Of a stretch of DNA of 41,246 nucleotides, positions 7,680 to 16,769 are shown in pieces (the stretch's first letter is position 1; each line of letters opens with the position of its first letter). This DNA is from Sulfolobales archaeon (lineage in GTDB: Archaea > Thermoproteota > Thermoprotei_A > Sulfolobales > AG1). The stretch spans positions 1-41,246 of the forward strand of contig JAWBYA010000010.1 of the NCBI GenBank assembly GCA_038867615.1, given 5' to 3'. The position numbers and the translations under genes were made by a program. A model generated the notes under the pieces. That model saw only the letters and a list, made by a program, of their open reading frames with translations, did not search any database and was not told the DNA's origin.

Positions 7680-10482
7680 CAGGGATCCATGTGGTGTATC
7701 CCCTAGGCCTGCACTCAACAGAGCCGTTGGAAACCCTTGCAGAGCCTTCGGAGCAGATTCTGTCGAAGAGCTCAAGATCCCTCTGCGATTCGAAGGAAGC
7801 CCTGTACCTCCTCCCATCAACGGCTGTGAAGACCCTCTCACCAGCAGATCCAAGAAATGCCTGCACCGCTTTCCCCCTCTTCACAGGCTCGCCGGCGCTG
7901 AATATCCTCACCCTGCCCCTGTCTATCGAAGCAATCCCATAGATCTCCTCAAGCCTTTTGAAGCACCTACCCCACGTCCATGAATGGATCTCTGCGAAAT
8001 CCCTTGTGCTCTCCTTAACCCAGTTTCTAGAAACCTGGTCTGGGTGTGTCTCTACCTCGCTGCAGCTCTCAATTTCTATGGCAACTGCTTTCGAGTATAT
8101 AGGCCTCCAGGTAGATCTATCTACTGGGATGGCAACGAGATCGGGCCTCGACGGTAGACTGGGATCCTGCCTAGCCGGGGAGACAACATATCCCCTCCCA
8201 GCATACTTGATCAGAACCCTCCTGGCAAGCCTATAGCCATCATCGCTCGGAGCCACCCTCCTGAGATCCTTGAAGAGCCCCCTAACATATCTAGCAACCC
8301 TTCTATTCCCATCCCTCTGGATCTCTATAGACCCCCTCCCAGCCAGGGTGTTCAGGGCTTTCTCAAGCTCCTCCCTCCTAGCCCCGAGCCTGGCAGCTAG
8401 ATCTCCTATCCCGAGGCTCTTCTCCCTGTAGAGTGTGTATAGGGCCATGAACTCCAATGGCTTGATAGGGTCTATGTATTTGAGCACGGGGTTTAGAAGC
8501 ACCCTGAGATCCTCCTTAGCAGGCTCTCCAGGATCGTATTGCATGGTATATATCTCCCTCCTCCTCTCCTCATGCACAACATGGTCTAGGCTGACAACAA
8601 CTGGGGGAGGCTGCTGCTCCCCAGGCCTCGCTGTGAGCTTCACAACAGCCCTCCCGATGGTAAGCCCTGTCAAAGCCTTTGCAAGGGATTCCGCGAAGCC
8701 GGCGTCCATCGTTGAGAGCCTCTTAACATCCCCTCCCCCAACCTGGAAGGCTATCTTCACAGCGCAGTTGCTCATAACGCTCTGGAGAAGCCTCCCAGGT
8801 ATCTGGTCTGTATGCTGGTGCGCAACTATGAGGTGCAAACCATATTTCCTTGCCTCGGAGAGGATTGTATCTATTATGGGCAGGTCTGAGACGAAGTGGA
8901 ACTCGTCTATCACGAGGAAGACAGGTGTCCTCTCAACCCCCATCCTAGCCCTTGCAAGGACCTCGAACCATATTTTCATGACTATCGTTGATGCTATCAG
9001 CCTGGCCATGGCCTCGCCGAGATCTGCCTTCGGCACTGCGAAAATGGCTATGGATCCCGGTGATAGCATCTTCCCAAGCTCGATGGTTGTCCTGCTCGTA
9101 AGCCTTGCCAGGAGCCTGTCATGGGCATATGGCTCGAGCCTAGACAAAGCCGATATGAAGGTCTGATCCTGCATCCTCCTCAGAGCCTCCAGCTGGGCAT
9201 CCCATTCCGGGTCATCAACCTCTAGATCTAGCTCCCCCCTGTACAGGGCTAGGATTGCTCTGTAGAGCATCGAGAGCGTCGGGCTATCTGTCCTGCTGTA
9301 GAAAGCCCTTAGAAGGACCTGGAGCAGGTACTTGACGTTGACAGCCGTCTCCATGAGCCTCAGAACCTCCCTGAAGATCTCTATGAGGATGTCGATGGCG
9401 ACCGTCACAGCGAAATCCCTATCAACATGCCTCGGGAGATCCAGCGGGTTGAGTCCGAAGGGGCTTCTGAACGGGTGTAGATAGATCGACTCTGGGATCT
9501 CCTCCGCAAGCTCCTTGGACATATCGCCATGGGGATCTATAACTATTATCGCCGACCCCCCGGCTCTTCTGAGCATGTGGACGAGAAGCTTTAGAAGGCT
9601 TGTCTTCCCACTCCCAGTCTGGCCTATGATATAGACGTGCCTATAGAGATCCTCTACCGATAGCCTGTACTCCCTGCCATCGTCTAGAACACCTATTCTG
9701 AAACTCCTCTCCCCAGCCCTGTTGGGGGCTAGCATTGGCAGTGGGTATCCCCTGACAAAGCCTATTCTGTGTATGCTTGGGTCTGGAAAGCTCATCGAGG
9801 ATCTATAGCCCTGCTCGTCACTCACAAGCCTCCTCCTATCCCCGAAAAGCCTCTCCCAAAGCCCTATCCCCCTAGGCACAAGGATCTCCTCGAGATCCCC
9901 TGCCCTTCTAACCCTCCTAACGCTCCAGGAAAGCTCGACAGAGGATCCCGACTCCACAATCTCCACAGCTCTTTTCAGAGCATCTCTATCCCCTGCGAGG
10001 ATCCAGAGGCATGCTAGCAGAGCCTTCCCAGCCCTGCTGAGCATCTCCCTAGCCTCCATCCTCATATCCTGCCTCCCATATCTCAGGGCCCTCCTGGCTA
10101 GAGAGCCTGCCCTGGATCTGAATATAGCTGATAGCCCCGGATCCCTTGAGAACGATATGCATATAGCAGCCCTGCCCGGGAGATAACCAGCTATCCCCGG
10201 GAGGTCTGAGAGGGAGAAGCTAGACCACCAGAAGTCCCTAGATCTCTTCAGCCTAGCCTCGGCAACATAGACCTCTCCCCCGAAAACCTTTAGAATATCG
10301 TTTGGAGATGCTATGGAGACTCCGAAGAACCTTGAGAGGGTTTCGGGGCTAACGCTGCTCCTGATGAAAACCCTCAGCCCGCCATCTGTGTTTGCTATGC
10401 AGTATGTGAATCCGAGGCCCAGCACATCGACAGGGGGTTTAGAGCCTATCCTAGGGACTATCTCGGCCCAGAACAAGCCCAT
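7648..10482 (-). CDS. virD4: VirD4/TraG-like (HerA/FtsK superfamily) coupling ATPase with C-terminal wHTH and PD-(D/E)xK-like domain
   Basis: RHVYIIGQTGSGKT Walker A, VIDPHGD, VIDEFH Walker B, EARKYGL...AHQ; C-terminal RPDLVA...AIEIES. Confidence 0.85.
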   Translation of the reverse strand: MGLFWAEIVPRIGSKPPVDVLGLGFTYCIANTDGGLRVFIRSSVSPETLSRFFGVSIASPNDILKVFGGEVYVAEARLKRSRDFWWSSFSLSDLPGIAGYLPGRAAICISFSRDPGLSAIFRSRAGSLARRALRYGRQDMRMEAREMLSRAGKALLACLWILAGDRDALKRAVEIVESGSSVELSWSVRRVRRAGDLEEILVPRGIGLWERLFGDRRRLVSDEQGYRSSMSFPDPSIHRIGFVRGYPLPMLAPNRAGERSFRIGVLDDGREYRLSVEDLYRHVYIIGQTGSGKTSLLKLLVHMLRRAGGSAIIVIDPHGDMSKELAEEIPESIYLHPFRSPFGLNPLDLPRHVDRDFAVTVAIDILIEIFREVLRLMETAVNVKYLLQVLLRAFYSRTDSPTLSMLYRAILALYRGELDLEVDDPEWDAQLEALRRMQDQTFISALSRLEPYAHDRLLARLTSRTTIELGKMLSPGSIAIFAVPKADLGEAMARLIASTIVMKIWFEVLARARMGVERTPVFLVIDEFHFVSDLPIIDTILSEARKYGLHLIVAHQHTDQIPGRLLQSVMSNCAVKIAFQVGGGDVKRLSTMDAGFAESLAKALTGLTIGRAVVKLTARPGEQQPPPVVVSLDHVVHEERRREIYTMQYDPGEPAKEDLRVLLNPVLKYIDPIKPLEFMALYTLYREKSLGIGDLAARLGARREELEKALNTLAGRGSIEIQRDGNRRVARYVRGLFKDLRRVAPSDDGYRLARRVLIKYAGRGYVVSPARQDPSLPSRPDLVAIPVDRSTWRPIYSKAVAIEIESCSEVETHPDQVSRNWVKESTRDFAEIHSWTWGRCFKRLEEIYGIASIDRGRVRIFSAGEPVKRGKAVQAFLGSAGERVFTAVDGRRYRASFESQRDLELFDRICSEGSARVSNGSVECRPRGYTTWIPVRVSSLDALD

Positions 10483-10486
10483 CCAA

Positions 10487-10531
10487 TAGAAAGAGCTGGG
10501 GGTTTAAACACAGGATCCCCAGCCCTTTCTA
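10487..10531. promoter_or_regulatory. 15-bp inverted repeat flanking the TATA box of the virD4-like gene (putative operator)
   Basis: TAGAAAGAGCTGGGG-N15 (contains GTTTAAAC)-CCCCAGCCCTTTCTA, one mismatch. Confidence 0.55.
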
Positions 10532-10572
10532 GAGATAACAAGACCCCACCATGGAATATGGGGTTTCTATTG

Positions 10573-10844
10573 ATGGAGGCTGCTAGAAGGACTATAGAGG
10601 CTAGAATGGATTCTATAGAGAAGAGAATGGCAAGCCTCGAGGAGAGCCTAAAACATGGATGGAGACGCTTGAGAAGAGGATAGAAGACCTCAAAGGCTAC
10701 GTAGATAAAAGGCTCGAATCCCTAGAGAGGAGGGTTGAGCTAGTATATAACGAGGTGTCATCGATCAAAACGGATATCATAAAGATGATGAAGGAGTACA
10801 TGGAGAGGCTATACGGCGGGAAAAGTCGGAGAGATAGCTCGTGA
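10573..10844 (+). pseudogene. Frameshifted heptad-repeat coiled-coil protein
   Basis: MEAARRTIEARMDSIEKRMASLEESLK in one frame continues as METLEKRIEDLKGYVDKRLESLERRV in another. Confidence 0.5.
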
Positions 10845-10860
10845 TCTACTATAGCTGGAG

Positions 10861-10890
10861 ACCCCGCTCTCTAGGCGGGGAGGAGGTCAG
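10861..10890 (+). mobile_element. IS200/IS605-type right-end remnant
   Basis: Hairpin CCCCGC-TCTCTAG-GCGGGG followed by AGGAGGTCAG. Confidence 0.6.
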
Positions 10891-10924
10891 CGGATTTATA
10901 GGTTTTGATTAAAAAATTAATGGG

Positions 10925-12865
10925 ATGGCGAGTCAGGAGCAGAGGTTTTCTGTAGATCTTCTATACCTTCTTCACAGGAACTCCTATAGTAAGAGGAAGA
11001 TTAGGGAGGAGCTCTACAGAGTTGTTGAAGAGGTCTCGGGCGGCGCTAGGGTTGAGAGACTCTCAGATGCGATCAATGCTGTGGGGGATATATGCATAGA
11101 TCCGTCTAAGTGCCAAGAGCTTCGGAACCGCATAGTACATGTCTTGAAGAACCTAGGCGTAGATGCTATAAAGCAGCTGGATGAGATTGACAAGTTTAGA
11201 AGAGGTAGCGTTGAGGGGGGCAATGTGCTTGCGATGGTACATATGCTTGAGCCAGGCTATCCCAGGAGGCTGAGGCATGTAGATCCCCCAGCCCCAATCA
11301 TATTTGCTAGGACTCAGCATAGAGGTGGTGCGCCTCTAGATAATGCCAATTATATAAGGTGGATGCTCAGCGCAAGACCCCTAATAGCTGTGGTGGGCAC
11401 CAGGGATCCTTCTGAGGGTGGGTGTGAGGCTGCGAGGGAGATTGCTAAGTACATGGCTGGGCATGGCTTCTCAATGGTAACGGGGCTTGCTAATGGGATT
11501 GATGCCTGTGCTGCGGAGGGCTATCTAGAGAGGCTTCTAAAGTACAAACCTATAAGGTTCAAACCTGAACAACAAAAATATGGACAGGGCTCGGTGCTCA
11601 TAGGTGTTAGACCATATCTAGAGCCCTTCCCAGACTCGCTGCCACAGATGGCTAGGCAGGTTATAGATAGGTTTAGAAACGAGGGTATCCCCAACTGGAT
11701 CGTAATTTCTGAGAACGCCTCGATATACAATGAGGGTGGGTGGGTTAAGTCGCAGCTTTGCCTCAGGAACAGACTGATCTCCTCGCTAGCGGATGCCATA
11801 GTAGTGGTTGAGGCGAGGGCTGGGGAGGATGACGAGCTGGACATATGCGGTTCCACATCTATGGTTGAGCTGGGGCTTAGGAGAGGTAAGAGTGTGTATA
11901 TATGGAGGACAAAATCCAGGGACGAGGAGATCCTGAGGGGCTACAAGCTATATCTAGAGAACGGGGCTGTCGAATTCAGCGACTTCGAGGAGCTATACTG
12001 GTTACTCCTGAATAACAATGCTATAGCATATAAAATAGGAGATCAATATGTCATACCATACACACTCCCCCTGAGTAGTAGGAGGAAGATAGGGTTCAGA
12101 GTTATATGGGAGCAGAATCCTAAGGAGTATAATATACCTCGAAGGCTATTATGGCGATGGGGGGTTTATCAAAGCCCTAGAAAGGCATCGGAACTGGTCA
12201 TCCCTTTATCTAAAGGCATTCTAAGGGCTCCGAAGCTGCGACAGATCAGCGGTGTGAAAGTATATGCCCCGGGCATCTATGTACCTCGTTCTAAACCTTC
12301 TGTAACCGGGTATCAGTTAGAAACCATACTTAGTTCATTTGATCTGAGATCCCTAGTTGATTCCATTAAGGGGGATCCTAGTAATAGAATTGTTGATCCC
12401 GAGTCTATTGGGCTCGCCGGCTATCTATTAGCCCATGTGTTCCAGGTTGTGGAGCAGATTGAGGGGGAGGTGGATGCGATCACATATATCCCGTGCCATG
12501 AGAGTAACATGAGGATCACTCCTGACGGCTCCAAGATATGCCATGTTGAGGAGATTGCAAAAGCCCTTGCAGGATATGTTGGCAAACCTGTGATTAGGGT
12601 TGCGGAGAAGATAAAACACGAGGATCTAATTGGAATGGATAAGTGGAAGAGATGCGCCAAGGTTGAGGAGATGTATAAACCCGCTGATATGGTTGAGATC
12701 ATATATTCGCCCCCGGGGACTGAGGTAAATATCGACAAGATCAGGAGGCTGACCGTGATTGATGATGTGATAACTACAGGATGCACGCTCAAAGAGATTG
12801 TGAGGATTGCGAGGAGCAAGAACTATGTGGTTGCCTGGTGCTTAGTGGTGGCAATGACAGTCTAG
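10925..12865 (+). CDS. dprA: DprA/Smf domain fused to ComF-like phosphoribosyltransferase domain
   Basis: AVVGTR, VTGLANGIDACA, RNRLISSLADAIVVVEA (DprA); YIPCH...AKALA...VIDDVITTGCTL (PRTase). Confidence 0.88.
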   Translation: MASQEQRFSVDLLYLLHRNSYSKRKIREELYRVVEEVSGGARVERLSDAINAVGDICIDPSKCQELRNRIVHVLKNLGVDAIKQLDEIDKFRRGSVEGGNVLAMVHMLEPGYPRRLRHVDPPAPIIFARTQHRGGAPLDNANYIRWMLSARPLIAVVGTRDPSEGGCEAAREIAKYMAGHGFSMVTGLANGIDACAAEGYLERLLKYKPIRFKPEQQKYGQGSVLIGVRPYLEPFPDSLPQMARQVIDRFRNEGIPNWIVISENASIYNEGGWVKSQLCLRNRLISSLADAIVVVEARAGEDDELDICGSTSMVELGLRRGKSVYIWRTKSRDEEILRGYKLYLENGAVEFSDFEELYWLLLNNNAIAYKIGDQYVIPYTLPLSSRRKIGFRVIWEQNPKEYNIPRRLLWRWGVYQSPRKASELVIPLSKGILRAPKLRQISGVKVYAPGIYVPRSKPSVTGYQLETILSSFDLRSLVDSIKGDPSNRIVDPESIGLAGYLLAHVFQVVEQIEGEVDAITYIPCHESNMRITPDGSKICHVEEIAKALAGYVGKPVIRVAEKIKHEDLIGMDKWKRCAKVEEMYKPADMVEIIYSPPGTEVNIDKIRRLTVIDDVITTGCTLKEIVRIARSKNYVVAWCLVVAMTV

Positions 12866-12873
12866 AAATGAGA

Positions 12874-14949
12874 TTAGGAGGAGACATGGAAAGGGTTGCC
12901 CGGGAGGATAAACAGTGATCCGCTGGGGCATCCTGGGCATCTATAGCCTATCACATTGTCGAAGACCCTCTCGACGTGGAAGGCTATCCACCTAGGCCCC
13001 CAGATCCAGCCCCTAACCATCTCTATATAGCCCCTTGGGAAGGGCCTGACAGCCTCCCCCTCCCCAGGCGCGGAGTATATTGCGTATATTGATTGTTGGT
13101 GGGCGGCCTCGGAGACAACGGCTATCCCGAGCCTCTGGAGAACCAGCGATGGGATTTCATATGGGGATGAGCCTATAGCTATTAAGCCCACTATGGTTTC
13201 CCTCCACATAGCCCTCCAAGGATCTGGATATCCAGAGCCTGCCCTTGATGTGAAATACACTAGCCCCGGGCTGTGGTTTTGGAAGAGGCTGAAGGACAGG
13301 ATCATGATCGCCTGGATCGATAGCAGCGATGAGTTCCCCGAGCCCATGTAGAGAGCTTCGAGGGCGGGGGCCCGGCTATAGCTATAATCCGCCGAGGAGT
13401 TAAGGGCCATGTTGCCTGGGAGGGGTATCTGGGAGGCGATGGCGTGGATCTCCCACGCAAGGTATTCCGAGGATATCCCCAGGTCTTTAACAAAACCAAC
13501 TATCCTATCGTGGATCCATCTGTAGACGGAGTACTGGATCATCTCCTGGGCTGCGTTCACAGAGTATATCCCGTTGAGAACCCCAGGGTCTATCGAGACC
13601 CATTCAGGGGGCTCCAGGGGTGTGAGGGTTATAAAGCCCCTCGGGAGGATCTTGGCTGTGGATCCCCATCCAGGCAGCTCCCTGCTAGAAGGCTCCCAGA
13701 AGAGCTTTCCAACCACAACCCACGATCTGTTGGCAACATGCATCCTCCTGCCAAGGGCTATGCTGTCCCAAAGCACTAGGGATATGCTCTTCTCGCCCGA
13801 TATGTAGCTCCAACCGCTCTCAACAGCTATGGATCCCCTGAATATATCGCCGCTTCTAAGCCCCGTGGCGAGCACCTCAACATCGTCCCCAAAAAACATC
13901 AATGTGTTCTCAGTGCCGTTATATATCCCAGCCTCTATAGGAATCTGGAAAAGGGCTCTTGTGAATATCAATGTCCTCCCAAGCCCCCTGACAAGAGATA
14001 ACCTGGATCCCCTGTCGCAGTGTATGTATATATATGTTATGTTCCCCCTAACCTCTGAGCTGCTTGTGCAATCCTCATAGCCCTCTACATGGGCCTCAGC
14101 CCTTCCAAGAGGCCCCCAGCCCATGAAATAGCCTCCCTCAACGGCGTATATACCTCCCGAGCCCCCTGCGATCCCGTATGATGCTGAGACCCTCTCGGAG
14201 GAGCCCCCGAACACCGATCTATACCCAGCCACAGCTCCTATATATAGAACATAGCTGTGGATTGTTATCGATGTGCATGTAACCACGTAATAGCCATCGC
14301 ACCCCAGATCAACATGCTCCGAGCCCGTCTCAACAAGCCCCGCATCTATATCCTCCGCAAAACCCTCAACAGAAGCCTCACCAGCTATAGACGCTATATA
14401 TGGGTCTCCATGGGCTAGGGACATGCTTGGCGGGTAGCTATGGCTGTGGGGAGATGCGTATAGGCATCTTATCGATAGCACAAGCTCCCTAGAGGATATG
14501 TTTAGCCTGTCAAACCTGTCCGGGGGCAGTGGGTGGAGGCGATAGCTCCTAGAGCAGCTCCCCTCCGAGGGCTCTAGGGAGCCGGCTATGTTGAGAAGCT
14601 TCGCATACGCCTCAGGCCTGACAATAGATGCGTTCATCGAGAGACCCTCCAGGATTGATGATAACAGCCTGCCCCCTCTATCCTCGAAGAGCACAGGGGT
14701 ATCCGGCGACGGGTCTAGAAGGGATGAGTAGTTCAAAGCCACCTCGGCGTTCTCAACTATATCGATTATATCTTCAACGGACATGTTGAGAACAATCTTG
14801 GAGATCTCGGTGCCCTTGGGAAAGGCTATGGAGAAGGATCCAGGTATGCTCAGAGGCTGAAGGGGAGAGAGAATCGGTGTCAAGGCTGCGAGGATATATA
14901 GTGCTATAAGCAGCAACCCCATATAGGCAACTGATCTAGGGCCTGCCAA
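12874..14949 (-). CDS. Large membrane-anchored/exported protein of the transfer region
   Basis: 691 aa; N-terminal hydrophobic segment; overlaps the stop of the PrgI-like gene. Confidence 0.7.
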   Translation of the reverse strand: MAGPRSVAYMGLLLIALYILAALTPILSPLQPLSIPGSFSIAFPKGTEISKIVLNMSVEDIIDIVENAEVALNYSSLLDPSPDTPVLFEDRGGRLLSSILEGLSMNASIVRPEAYAKLLNIAGSLEPSEGSCSRSYRLHPLPPDRFDRLNISSRELVLSIRCLYASPHSHSYPPSMSLAHGDPYIASIAGEASVEGFAEDIDAGLVETGSEHVDLGCDGYYVVTCTSITIHSYVLYIGAVAGYRSVFGGSSERVSASYGIAGGSGGIYAVEGGYFMGWGPLGRAEAHVEGYEDCTSSSEVRGNITYIYIHCDRGSRLSLVRGLGRTLIFTRALFQIPIEAGIYNGTENTLMFFGDDVEVLATGLRSGDIFRGSIAVESGWSYISGEKSISLVLWDSIALGRRMHVANRSWVVVGKLFWEPSSRELPGWGSTAKILPRGFITLTPLEPPEWVSIDPGVLNGIYSVNAAQEMIQYSVYRWIHDRIVGFVKDLGISSEYLAWEIHAIASQIPLPGNMALNSSADYSYSRAPALEALYMGSGNSSLLSIQAIMILSFSLFQNHSPGLVYFTSRAGSGYPDPWRAMWRETIVGLIAIGSSPYEIPSLVLQRLGIAVVSEAAHQQSIYAIYSAPGEGEAVRPFPRGYIEMVRGWIWGPRWIAFHVERVFDNVIGYRCPGCPSGSLFILPGNPFHVSS

Positions 14950-15250
14950 CCCTCCTACCCCTCGTGCTTGGGAAGATCTTGTCCACTAGATATGATATCG
15001 ATGCCAGGATCTGCGCCTCCGGTGGGAAGCCCCTTGGAGGTATCAAAGCAAGCAGAGATGCAAGCCAAAGAGCTGTTGCGATGATAACAGCCCCGGGAGA
15101 ACCGGTTCTCCAGGCGTGGAAAGTTGCGAAGGAAGCTGGGAGGGCTGTTAGGAGGTGCTTCAACGCGAAAGGGCCGAAAACCCTCTCGCCCAGAACCCCT
15201 GGGCTGGCTATAGAGGCTATCCTCATAACCCTGAGCCTCAGCTCCCCCAA
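14936..15250 (-). CDS. PrgI/VirB3-like small membrane protein
   Basis: ERVFGPFALKHL and PPRGFPPE motifs around two hydrophobic segments. Confidence 0.6.
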   Translation of the reverse strand: MGELRLRVMRIASIASPGVLGERVFGPFALKHLLTALPASFATFHAWRTGSPGAVIIATALWLASLLALIPPRGFPPEAQILASISYLVDKIFPSTRGRRVGRP

Positions 15251-15445
15251 CCAGACCCCGTAGAAAAGGGGCCCGGGCTGAAAAAATGGGGGGAAGCTGG
15301 GAGACGTGGATCAGCTTCTCCAGGCATAGTGTTAATGGCTGACCGAAAAAAGATCTAAAAAAGAGTGCTCTCAACATCCTTGGAAAAGTATGACAGGAAG
15401 CCGAATCTTTTTAACCCCCTGAATCGATCCATATGGTGGGGTATC

Positions 15446-16177
15446 ATGGGGATAGCCTACACATCTGACAAGGTCTTCCCCTGGAGGGATCACTCTCCAA
15501 AGCCTGTCGAGGGTCTAGACGATGCCATGAGGGTTCTGGCGTTGATCGGGATAAACAGCTGGGATATCGGGAGGATGGTTGTTGCCGAGCTAAGGGCATG
15601 CGGCCTGGGAGTTGGAAGGGCGGAGGTTCTCGCCGCTGCTGTTCTCCTCGGAATGGTTGGGAAGGAGGATCTGTTTGAAAGGGGCCTGCTAAGGAGAACT
15701 GGTTTCGAGCATATGGGGGAGGGGCTTGTAACTACGAGGGAGTTCAACAACGCCCTCGAGATGCTGAGGCTATGCAGAGAAGCGATCAGAGCATCAAGCA
15801 CAGTTCTATGCCCGAGATGCCTTAGCCATAGGCTGAATAGATGGGGGTGCCTGAGGTATAGGTGCAAGGAGTGTGGAAGGGTGTTCAAGGCATCATCCCT
15901 CCCACCATTTGTGAGGGACAGGGGGTGGGCGATGCTATTCGCAAAAGCCCTCGTAATGGCCGAGGCTGAGAGGAAAAGGAGAAGGAGATCCGGGGGGCCC
16001 AGGGCAGGTGCAGAGATACCGGGGAGAGTCCTTGAGATGCTTGGCTCGAGGCCCGGTGTTAGGAGGGGGAGGCTCTCAACAAAGCAGATCTATAGATATA
16101 TGAGATACCTCAAAAAAGCTGTTCTGGTGAACAGGCTTGGCTTGGAAGCGATCCAGCTAACCCCCTGTAAGGGCTGA
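15446..16177 (+). CDS. Zinc-ribbon protein with C-terminal HTH-like segment, putative regulator
   Basis: CPRC-x13-CKECGRVF; LSTKQIYRYMRYL; TATA and GGTGGGG before ATG 15446. Confidence 0.6.
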   Translation: MGIAYTSDKVFPWRDHSPKPVEGLDDAMRVLALIGINSWDIGRMVVAELRACGLGVGRAEVLAAAVLLGMVGKEDLFERGLLRRTGFEHMGEGLVTTREFNNALEMLRLCREAIRASSTVLCPRCLSHRLNRWGCLRYRCKECGRVFKASSLPPFVRDRGWAMLFAKALVMAEAERKRRRRSGGPRAGAEIPGRVLEMLGSRPGVRRGRLSTKQIYRYMRYLKKAVLVNRLGLEAIQLTPCKG

Positions 16178-16657
16178 GACAATCGCTGGCCAGGCGGCGA
16201 ATATTATCGCCCCCACTATCCCCCCGCCAATCCACTTCTTAGCCCCCTCAACATCTCCAGTAGCATATTTGATCCCACCCACTATGAAGGCTGCTGCCAC
16301 AGCCACCAACAATCCCCAGTAGATCCAGCCTAGAAGCGTCATAACAGCCTGGGAAACCTTTGGAGGAGGCTGTGGGGTAACTGTTATCTGGGCCTCTGCC
16401 CTCGCAATCAGGGCTAGCGATAGGGCTGTTGCCAGGGCCTTCAACCCCCTCTTCATAGCAGCATCTATGAGATCCCTCACAACCGAGGAAACAGATCTCC
16501 TCCTCTTGGAGGCCACATCTCTGAGCCAAAGCAGCTGCGATGGTTGGAGCCTTATGGAGAGCCTGGCAGGGTATCTCCTCCTCCTAACAACTATCCTCGG
16601 CAGGGGCTCCCCAGCTTCGTCGAGCACCAAATCGATCTCCCCGCCATCATCCTCCAT
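16157..16657 (-). CDS. RHH (CopG-like) domain fused to signal peptide and VirB2/TrbC-like conjugative pilin
   Basis: RLSIRLQPSQLLWLRDVASKRRRSVSSVVRDLIDAAM (RHH); KRGLKALATALSLALIARAEA|Q; two hydrophobic helices with IVGGIKYATGD...AKKWI. Confidence 0.75.
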   Translation of the reverse strand: MEDDGGEIDLVLDEAGEPLPRIVVRRRRYPARLSIRLQPSQLLWLRDVASKRRRSVSSVVRDLIDAAMKRGLKALATALSLALIARAEAQITVTPQPPPKVSQAVMTLLGWIYWGLLVAVAAAFIVGGIKYATGDVEGAKKWIGGGIVGAIIFAAWPAIVSALTGG

Positions 16658-16769
16658 AACGATCCCAACATCTATGCGCCCAGATTTAAAAGGCTGAGAG
16701 CAGGGGAGAATGATCTGTATAGAGCCTTTGAAGCCCCCACAGAGAGGAAACTGGAAACTAGATTGTTTG

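Noticed and set aside
8435-9166. 243 aa plus-strand ORF and many similar antisense ORFs
   Set aside because: Shadow frames opposite well-supported genes
15806-15890. IS1 transposase suggested by the zinc ribbon
   Set aside because: No DDE domain or terminal inverted repeats
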